Shown here piece by piece: positions 57,348 to 64,000 of a stretch of DNA of 64,000 nt (position 1 is the first letter of the stretch; each line of letters starts with the position of its first letter). Source of the DNA: Phycisphaeraceae bacterium (GTDB taxonomy: Bacteria; Planctomycetota; Phycisphaerae; Phycisphaerales; Phycisphaeraceae); assembly GCA_963674705.1 (NCBI GenBank), contig OY771506.1, positions 3,424,001 to 3,488,000 on the forward strand, read 5' to 3'. A program made the translations under genes and the position numbers. A model generated the notes under the pieces. It did no database searches, had not been told where the DNA came from, and worked only from the letters and a program-made list of their open reading frames with translations.

Positions 57348-58505
57348 TCAAATCGAACCCGACGCAACCGCGGGCAGGTCCAGTTCGTCGAATTCACCGG
57401 CCTCGTACTTCGTGTACGCAAGCCCGGCGATCATCGCGGCGTTGTCTAAGCAGTAAGCAAACGCGGGGATGCGTACTTGCAGACCGAGTTTGTCGCCGAG
57501 TTCGGCGATGCGCTTGCGCAGCAGTGAATTGGCGCTGACGCCGCCACCGATAACGATGGAATGTGGTGCTTTCTCTTTAGCCGCCATCTGCTTGACGGCG
57601 CGCTTCAGCTTCGTGATGACCGCATCAACCGCCGCCGCCTGGAAACTCGCGGCGATGTCGGCGATCTGTTTCTCGGTCAAGTCGTCAGCGCTGCGTTCAA
57701 ACCTCGCGTTCGGCCCGCGGCCAACAGGATGACCTCGCACGGTGTACAACACCGCGGTCTTCAATCCGCTGAACGAGAAGTCGAGGCTGTCGCGCTTCAG
57801 CATCGAGCGCGGCAAATCGTGTGCATTCGGGTCGCCTGTCTGCGCGAGCTTGTCGAGCTTCGGTCCGCCGGGATACCCGACCTGCAGGATGACCGCAACC
57901 TTGTCGTAGGCTTCGCCGACCGCATCGTCGATGGTCGAGCCGATGAGATTCAGGTCGGTCGAGTTGGTCATCTGGTAGATGCTGGAGTGACCGCCGGAGA
58001 CGACCAGGCCGAGCGCGGGGAAGTCGATCGCGGGTGGGGGACTGACCTTACCCGGATCGTGCGCACTGCGGCCGATCACGACAGAACTGTGCGCCGGTAG
58101 AGTGGTGGATAACGTGGGGGGCTGTTTGACAACGTCGCTCAAACATGCTGCATGCAGGTGGGCGCGGACGTGGTCGACGCCGATCAGTGGTTTGCCCGCC
58201 GCCCATGCGAGTGTCTTGGCGGCGCTGACCCCGACCAGCAGCGACCCGATGAGCCCCGGCCGATGCCCGACCGCGACGGCGTCGATGTCGTTCAAGGTCA
58301 CGCCCGCCTGCACAAGCGCCTCATGAACCACCGGGTTCAGGTTCTGCAAATGCGCTCGGCTTGCGATCTCGGGCACCACACCACGGTAACGCTCGTGCAG
58401 ATCGTGCTGCGCCGCAACGACATTTGATAACACCAACCGGCCGTCTTCTACGACAGCGGCAGCGGTTTCATCACAACTTGATTCGAGGCCGAGGATCCGT
58501 GTCAC
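57348..58505 (-). CDS. tsaD: tRNA t6A37 threonylcarbamoyltransferase TsaD
   Basis: LGLESSCDET, VVPEIASRAH, SGGHS, DDAVGEAYDK, FSFSGLKT, GGVSAN, DNAAMI; GTGA overlap with ctpA. Confidence 0.96.
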   Translation of the reverse strand: MTRILGLESSCDETAAAVVEDGRLVLSNVVAAQHDLHERYRGVVPEIASRAHLQNLNPVVHEALVQAGVTLNDIDAVAVGHRPGLIGSLLVGVSAAKTLAWAAGKPLIGVDHVRAHLHAACLSDVVKQPPTLSTTLPAHSSVVIGRSAHDPGKVSPPPAIDFPALGLVVSGGHSSIYQMTNSTDLNLIGSTIDDAVGEAYDKVAVILQVGYPGGPKLDKLAQTGDPNAHDLPRSMLKRDSLDFSFSGLKTAVLYTVRGHPVGRGPNARFERSADDLTEKQIADIAASFQAAAVDAVITKLKRAVKQMAAKEKAPHSIVIGGGVSANSLLRKRIAELGDKLGLQVRIPAFAYCLDNAAMIAGLAYTKYEAGEFDELDLPAVASGSI

Positions 58506-60142
58506 TTCTTCTCCGCGGGCTCGGATTCTAGGGCGGGCTCGGTCTTGGGTTCGACAGCTTCCTCTACCTCTGCCGGACCGTCTTTTACCGGCTCTTGCTT
58601 GTCAAGCTTCAACTGCTCTTCGGTCGCTTCGCCCGATTCTTGCAGAAGCTCCTCGGGCAGCTTGACCGAATTCGGCTCCATGGCTTCTTCTTCGGCTTTC
58701 CCGTCGGCGAGTTCGGTTTCGACGCGCTCGAGTTCTTCCAGCAGCAGCGATCGACGGCGTTGCAATAGCTCGCGTTCGTGCTGGCGTACCAGTTCTTCGG
58801 CATCCGACAAGCCTACGACGGGCCAGTCGTCGGTTTCGATCTTGCCACGCACGGCACGCAGCGCCGCGGCCAGTTGCGGGTCTTTCATATGATCTTTGAT
58901 GTATTCCGGCGTGATCGTAACCATGTCTGCGTGGCCGTTCTCATCACTGATGACGTCGGCGTCGCGGCGTGTGATGATCATTTCTTCGTATTCATCGAAC
59001 GTCATCGGGACGTACGCGCCCTCGTCCGGATCAACACCCCAGACTTCGGAATTCGGTCGGCGGTGGATGTTTCGGCCGTTCGGCAGATAGTAGTAAGCGT
59101 TGGTCATCTTCAACACGCCCAGCCCGTTCTCCAACTCACGCACCTGTTGCACGCTGCCTTTACCGAGTGTGCGTGTGCCGACGAACAAGGCGCGGTCGTT
59201 GTCTGTCAACGCACCGGTCACGACTTCCGAAGCCGAGGCGCTGCCTTCATTGGCGAGGATCACCAGTGGTGTGTTCGGCAGGATCGTATCGGCGGATGCG
59301 TTGTAAACCTGCTCGGGCGCTTTGCGTCCTTTAGTCGAAACGATGCGTTTGCCCTCGGTCAGGAACATATCGCTGACCGCCACGGCCGAACTGAGCAGCC
59401 CGCCCGGATCGAAGCGCAGGTCGATGATCAGACCCTTCACATCCTGAGCTTTGAGCACTTGAAGCGCGGCCCGCAGTTCGTCGGCTGTCGGCTCGGTGAA
59501 CTGCGAGATACGGATGTAGCCGATCTTGTTGATCGGATCGAGCATGTAGTCGAAGCTCTGATCGGCCTGGCGGCGAAAACCGCGGACGGTCTGGACGTTG
59601 ATGTGGTCGCGGGTGACGGTGATGTCCAGTTCCTCGCCGGTCTTGCGGCGGACGGTGAGGACGACATCGGTGCCGGGTTCACCCTTGATGTTCTGGATGA
59701 CGTCGTTCTGGCTTTTATCCTTGGTGGATTCGCCGTCAACTTTGAGGATGACGTCGCCTGCCATGATGCCTGCTTTCCAGGCGGGTGAGTCTTCCAGCGG
59801 GGTGACGATGCGTGGCCGACCTTCGTACATGTCGATCTCCGCGCCGATGCCGGAGAACGAGCCGGTGAGTCGGTCGGTGAACTGTCGGGCCTCTTCAGCG
59901 GGGACGAACACGGTGTATGGGTCGTCAAGTGACGCGATCATGCCCGCCACAGCCGACTCGACCAACTGCATCTGGTCGGGCTCTTCAACATAGCTGTCGA
60001 CCAGCTCGTGGCGTATGTCGACCAGCACATCGAGCTGCTTGTAGGCATCGGCCTGCTTGGAAGCGAAGGCATCGGTAAGAACTAACAGGGCGGTGGTTAT
60101 GGCCAGTATCGGTACCAGGCGCCAGGCGTAGGATTTTGTCAT
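58502..60142 (-). CDS. ctpA: C-terminal processing protease (S41) with PDZ domain
   Basis: LDDPYT, FSGIG, PDZ, IDLRFDPGG, SASASE, GKGSVQ. Confidence 0.92.
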   Translation of the reverse strand: MTKSYAWRLVPILAITTALLVLTDAFASKQADAYKQLDVLVDIRHELVDSYVEEPDQMQLVESAVAGMIASLDDPYTVFVPAEEARQFTDRLTGSFSGIGAEIDMYEGRPRIVTPLEDSPAWKAGIMAGDVILKVDGESTKDKSQNDVIQNIKGEPGTDVVLTVRRKTGEELDITVTRDHINVQTVRGFRRQADQSFDYMLDPINKIGYIRISQFTEPTADELRAALQVLKAQDVKGLIIDLRFDPGGLLSSAVAVSDMFLTEGKRIVSTKGRKAPEQVYNASADTILPNTPLVILANEGSASASEVVTGALTDNDRALFVGTRTLGKGSVQQVRELENGLGVLKMTNAYYYLPNGRNIHRRPNSEVWGVDPDEGAYVPMTFDEYEEMIITRRDADVISDENGHADMVTITPEYIKDHMKDPQLAAALRAVRGKIETDDWPVVGLSDAEELVRQHERELLQRRRSLLLEELERVETELADGKAEEEAMEPNSVKLPEELLQESGEATEEQLKLDKQEPVKDGPAEVEEAVEPKTEPALESEPAEKK

Positions 60143-60230
60143 CGGAGATTACTCGGGTTTGATGCTGCTGTTATGGATCGAACAAGGGATTGTAGGCTGG
60201 GTGGGGAGGGGGTTCAAAAAGGGGAGGGGG

Positions 60231-60422
60231 GGGAAGCAGGAAACGCAGGAAATAGAAAAGCCATTAGCCGTTAGCCGTTAGCCGTTAGCACAAATCCTAA
60301 ATCATCAATCCTAAATCATAAATGCAATTCCCCACACCCCACACCCGTCTCCTGCTCTCCTGATCAACCTTCACCGGCTCTAACCGGCCCGGCCCTTCAC
60401 TGCGCTCAGAACCGGCGTTGGG
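60231..60422. repeat. Intergenic repeat mosaic 3
   Basis: GGAAA-type octamers, CCATTAG + CCGTTAG x3, AAATCCT/AAATCAT heptamers, CCCCACA x2, and a third copy of the ~35-bp module (core 60403-60422). Confidence 0.85.
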
Positions 60423-60468
60423 GGGGGAGGGGTTTGGAGCGCTGCTGTTAACTGCGTATGCTGCTGGG

Positions 60469-61893
60469 ATGGCTAAGACGCATGTGAGTTTTATTTGCAA
60501 TAGTTGTGGGGCGGTGCAGGCGCGATGGATGGGCAAGTGCCCGGACTGTGGATCGTGGGATACGCTTGAAGAACACCGCGAGTCGGCGGGGGCGAAGTCG
60601 GCCAGTGAGTTACCTGAGTCGGGGGCGACGGCGGCGGTGCCGATCGGGCAGGTGGATACGCAAGGCTCAGGCGTGAGGCGGATGGGGACAGGGATCGGCG
60701 AACTGGATCGCGTGCTTGGGGGAACCAGTAACGGCCAAGTTACACAGGGGCAAACTTCCGGGGGGACAACCTCCGGGGGTGGGGGTGGGGGATTGGTGCC
60801 GGGGAGTGTGGTGTTGATCGGGGGGGACCCGGGGATTGGTAAGTCGACGTTGATGTTGCAGGCGGCGGATGCGCTAGCGCTAAACCGCAAGCGGGTGTTG
60901 TATGTGAGTAGTGAAGAATCGGCGCAGCAGCTTAGATTGCGGGCGCGGCGGTTGGGTGCGGATGGGGCGGATGACTTGTTTGTGCTGGCGGATACGAACC
61001 TGGCTCGGATCATGGAGCAGGTGCGTAAGGTTCAGCCAAACGTGGTGGTGATCGACTCGGTGCAGATGATTTATAAGGGCGATCTCGCGGCGGCCCCCGG
61101 CAGTGTGACGCAGTTACGCGCCTGTTGCCAGGAGCTTGTTTACTTGGCCAAGGCGACAGGCGTGGCGATGGTGCTGGTCGGGCATGTGACGAAGCAGGGG
61201 CAGCTTGCCGGACCGAGGCTGCTTGAGCACATGGTTGATGCGGTGCTGTATTTTGAGGGCGATCGGTATCACAGCCATCGCGTGATCCGTGCGATCAAGA
61301 ACCGTTTCGGGACGACGCTTGAGGTCGGCTTGTTTGAAATGACGGACAAGGGATTGAACCCGGTTCTGGACGGCTCGGGGTTGCTGGCGGCGGAGTATCA
61401 GAATCGGCCGGGCAGTGTGGTATGTCCGGTATTGCAGGGGTCGCGATGTCTGCTGGTCGAGTTGCAGGCGTTGACGGCGACGGGTTTCCTCGGCGCAGCG
61501 AAACGCAAGGTCAGCGGGGTGGATTCAAATCGACTCGCGATGTTGATCGCGGTTTTGGAAAAGCGTGGCGGGTTACGGCTTGCGGATCAGGATGTATTCG
61601 TCAGCGGTGTGGGCGGCGTGAAGGTCGCGGAGCCCGCGGCCGACCTTGCCTTGGCGATCGCGATTGCCGGGGCGCACTACGATAAACAGACTGAAACCGG
61701 CACGTGTGCGGTCGGCGAGATCGGGCTGGGCGGGGAGGTGCGGCACGTGCAGCAGCTAGGCCAGCGCATCATCGAAGCGTCACGGCTGGGGTTTAACAAG
61801 ATCATCTGTCCGAAGACGGATACGAAAGCGCCGAACGGGGCGCAGTTACTGCCGGTGAAGACGTTGGATGAGGCGATGGGGTTGTTGGATTAG
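60469..61893 (+). CDS. radA: DNA repair protein RadA/Sms
   Basis: CNSCG..W.GKCPDC, GDPGIGKST, IDSVQ, KNRFG, GEIGLGGEVR. Confidence 0.97.
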   Translation: MAKTHVSFICNSCGAVQARWMGKCPDCGSWDTLEEHRESAGAKSASELPESGATAAVPIGQVDTQGSGVRRMGTGIGELDRVLGGTSNGQVTQGQTSGGTTSGGGGGGLVPGSVVLIGGDPGIGKSTLMLQAADALALNRKRVLYVSSEESAQQLRLRARRLGADGADDLFVLADTNLARIMEQVRKVQPNVVVIDSVQMIYKGDLAAAPGSVTQLRACCQELVYLAKATGVAMVLVGHVTKQGQLAGPRLLEHMVDAVLYFEGDRYHSHRVIRAIKNRFGTTLEVGLFEMTDKGLNPVLDGSGLLAAEYQNRPGSVVCPVLQGSRCLLVELQALTATGFLGAAKRKVSGVDSNRLAMLIAVLEKRGGLRLADQDVFVSGVGGVKVAEPAADLALAIAIAGAHYDKQTETGTCAVGEIGLGGEVRHVQQLGQRIIEASRLGFNKIICPKTDTKAPNGAQLLPVKTLDEAMGLLD

Positions 61894-61928
61894 TAGCGTG
61901 ATTGGCTCGATTGGATGGATTAGGTGTA

Positions 61929-62113
61929 AATGTCGAATGCACGAAGTTCGAATGACGAAAGAATGTATAAATGACGAATGACGAATGACGAATGATGGTT
62001 TACTGTATTTGTCATTGGGGATTGGTCATTGATTCGTCATTCGTGGATTCGACATTCGTGCATTAATATGGCATACGGCCCTCACCCCGGCCCTCTCCCG
62101 AGGGGAGAGGGAG
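61929..62113. repeat. Intergenic repeat mosaic 4: AATGACG array, its inverted copy and a CCCTCTCCC..GGGAGAGGG palindrome
   Basis: AATGACG-like units 61929-61997; CGTCATT-like units 62008-62064; CCCTCACCCCGGCCCTCTCCCGAGGGGAGAGGGAG 62079-62113. Confidence 0.85.
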
Positions 62114-62137
62114 ATAGGCGAAAGGTTCAGGTTGCGG

Positions 62138-63409
62138 ATGGTCCAGGGATGGATGAGGCAGGTTGTGGTTGGGGTGGTGATGTTTGCGTGTTGCGCGAGT
62201 TTGAATGCGCAGATGTTGGCTGGGCCTTGGGTGGTGGAGTCGGAGAAGCGGATTGATGAGGCGCGCAAGACGGATCTGCGTGTGATTGTGTTCGGGGCGA
62301 ACGGCAAACCTGCGGCGGGGGTTGAAGTCAAGATCGAGCAGACGCGGTCGTTTTTCCCGGTGGGGGTGGTTTTGCCCGGCGCGGATTCGCAGGCGGATTG
62401 GCCTGAGAAGATCGGGACGGATGGGGAGCTGTGGCGATGTATTAATGCGATTTCGCTGGAGCGGATTTCAGATTGGCCCGATCTTCAGCCGGCGATGGGT
62501 GAATCGTTGAATTACGACTTTGCCACGCGGATCGACAAGGTACTGGATAAAGCCGATGCGGATCGGTTGTTCGTGCGTTGGGGTTCGCTGGTGTCGGCCG
62601 ATGCGGGGCGGGTTCCGCCTTGGGTTGCGCCGCTTGAGGGTAAGGCGCTGGCGGATAGCGTTGAGAACTATGTTGAGCAGGTGTGGGATCGCTACGGCGG
62701 GCGCGTGGATCAGTACGATGCTTATACGGAAACGCTCGGACACAACATGCTGGACAGCCGAACAGGGATGACGGCGGTGCGGCGTTTGTATGAGGCGCTG
62801 CCGGCCAAGTGCGACGGGGCGGTGGCGGTGGCGGCGTTTGATGATGGATTGTCATTCGAGCGTGTGCAGTTGATGCAGAAGCAATTGACGAAACTGCAGC
62901 AGGCGTTCGTGCCTGTGGGTGCGGTGGCGGTGTCGCAGCGATTCAGCGGGACCATCGAACGGGGGGCGCTTGAACGGATGTTGTCCCGGCTGGACCCGAT
63001 CAAGCATCCCATCGTCATCAGTTCGCTTACAGTTGGAGGCGACAACGACCTGGACGCGGCGATCAACCTGGAAACCGTGCTGCGGACGCTGATGGAGCGG
63101 CCGAACATCTCGGGCATCTGGTTCAGCGAAGTGTCGCCTAACGAGGCGATCGACCGGACAACGGTGCTCTTGGATGAAGAAGGCCAACTCACGCCGGCGG
63201 GGCGCGTGGTGGATAGTTTGTTTTACGAGCTTTGGCAGACGCATGTACAGGCGAAGACGGATGAATTGGGTAACGTCAGGCTGCGGGCATTTGCGGGTGA
63301 TTATGTGATTACCGCGACGCTCCGGGATGGGACGGTGTTGCAGAGCGTGTTAAGGTTGGAGAAGTCAGTTGATCCGCGGGTGGTGTTGGTGGAGCCTATG
63401 AAAAACTAG
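62138..63409 (+). CDS. Secreted GH10 (xylanase)-like TIM-barrel protein, probably catalytically degenerate
   Basis: Signal peptide, RIDEARK, VKIEQTR..FPVG, PPWV, RYGGRVDQYD, GIWF, TDELG...RAFAGDY. Confidence 0.65.
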   Translation: MVQGWMRQVVVGVVMFACCASLNAQMLAGPWVVESEKRIDEARKTDLRVIVFGANGKPAAGVEVKIEQTRSFFPVGVVLPGADSQADWPEKIGTDGELWRCINAISLERISDWPDLQPAMGESLNYDFATRIDKVLDKADADRLFVRWGSLVSADAGRVPPWVAPLEGKALADSVENYVEQVWDRYGGRVDQYDAYTETLGHNMLDSRTGMTAVRRLYEALPAKCDGAVAVAAFDDGLSFERVQLMQKQLTKLQQAFVPVGAVAVSQRFSGTIERGALERMLSRLDPIKHPIVISSLTVGGDNDLDAAINLETVLRTLMERPNISGIWFSEVSPNEAIDRTTVLLDEEGQLTPAGRVVDSLFYELWQTHVQAKTDELGNVRLRAFAGDYVITATLRDGTVLQSVLRLEKSVDPRVVLVEPMKN

Positions 63410-63592
63410 AAAGCTGAAAAACTAGAAAACTGGAAATAAGAACAGATAAATGCGGGAATACAATTTGATTCGGCTTTCACGCTATATGATTTTCCAGCTT
63501 TCCAGCTTTCCAGCTTTCCAGCTTTCCAGCTTTCCAGCTTTCCAGCTTTCCAGCTTTCCAGCTTTCCAGCTTTCCAGCTTTCCAGCTTTCCA
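63401..63592. repeat. Intergenic repeat mosaic 5: TTTCCAGC x12 plus inverted degenerate units
   Basis: 12 perfect TTTCCAGC copies at 63491-63586; CTAGAAAG CTGAAAAA CTAGAAAA CTGGAAAT at 63406-63437. Confidence 0.92.
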
Positions 63593-63600
63593 ATCCGAAT

Positions 63601-64000
63601 TCACTTCCCATTCTTGGTTTTCAATAACTCAACAATATGTCTGGACTGTTCGTTGACGCCGTCTTTGATCTGGTGGCGGCAACTGAAGCCGCAGGCGACG
63701 ACGGTGGTGTCGTTTGATTTTTCGCGGATAGCGGGGAAGAGGCGTTGTTCGCCGATCTTCATGGACAGGTCGTGGTGTTCGTAGCCGAAGGAGCCGGCCA
63801 TGCCGCAGCAGCCGGAGTCGACTTCGTTGACGTTGACGTTGAGCTGTTTGAGCAGTTGCTTGATGCCGTCGGTGCCGAAGAGTGATTTTTGATGGCAGTG
63901 GCCGTGCAGCAGGACGTCCTTGGCGTCGCAGGCGAGTTTGCTTGCATCGAGGTTGCCTGCGGTGATTTCTTCGGCGAGGAACGTGTCGATCATCTTGATC
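63601..64000 (-). CDS. C-terminal CCG/Fe-S domain of an FAD-linked oxidase (YdiJ/GlcDF-like); 5' end outside the window
   Basis: HGHCHQK, DSGCCGMAGSFGYE, ACGFSCRHQI; frame open to the window edge. Confidence 0.85.
   Translation of the reverse strand, partial: IKMIDTFLAEEITAGNLDASKLACDAKDVLLHGHCHQKSLFGTDGIKQLLKQLNVNVNEVDSGCCGMAGSFGYEHHDLSMKIGEQRLFPAIREKSNDTTVVACGFSCRHQIKDGVNEQSRHIVELLKTKNGK

Noticed and set aside
58778..59788. 336-aa plus-strand ORF
   Set aside because: Antisense shadow of ctpA.
63450..63656. ORF with FQLSSFPA repeats
   Set aside because: Translation of the octamer array; overlaps the convergent gene and has no RBS.

Overview
About 64 kb of high-GC bacterial chromosome, most likely a planctomycete of the Phycisphaerae type. 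This is inferred from an LEPRxLL-motif exported protein, a dockerin/PEP-CTERM protein, a Zn-ribbon signal peptidase I and scattered housekeeping genes. It encodes about 45 proteins. Housekeeping and repair genes include recX, TPP-riboswitch-controlled thiC, ogt, ppiC, nupC, comM, hslU, dacB, recN, trpC, tsaD, ctpA and radA, plus isolated nuoB, nuoH and ilvN. Surface and signalling genes include a pilMNO(P)-pilB cluster, a Cache-GGDEF-EAL protein, four PEP-CTERM proteins and a glycosyltransferase-acetyltransferase-FemAB-exosortase/EpsI-TPR lipoprotein operon. I found no rRNA, tRNA, CRISPR array, transposase or prophage. The most interesting signals are non-coding: (1) an apparent classical attenuator (leaderless 25-codon uORF, a 13/14-bp antiterminator over its stop codon, and an intrinsic terminator) in front of an orphan SAM methyltransferase at 56.3-56.5 kb; (2) five intergenic mosaics built from a shared set of 7/8-mer tandem repeats, often in inverted pairs, plus several REP-like hairpins; (3) a TPP riboswitch with an extra hairpin inserted in L5; (4) a DnaA-box cluster at 46.3-46.5 kb and an apparent C-rich to G-rich strand-skew switch near 56-58 kb. 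All calls come from reading the sequence by eye; no database searches were run.
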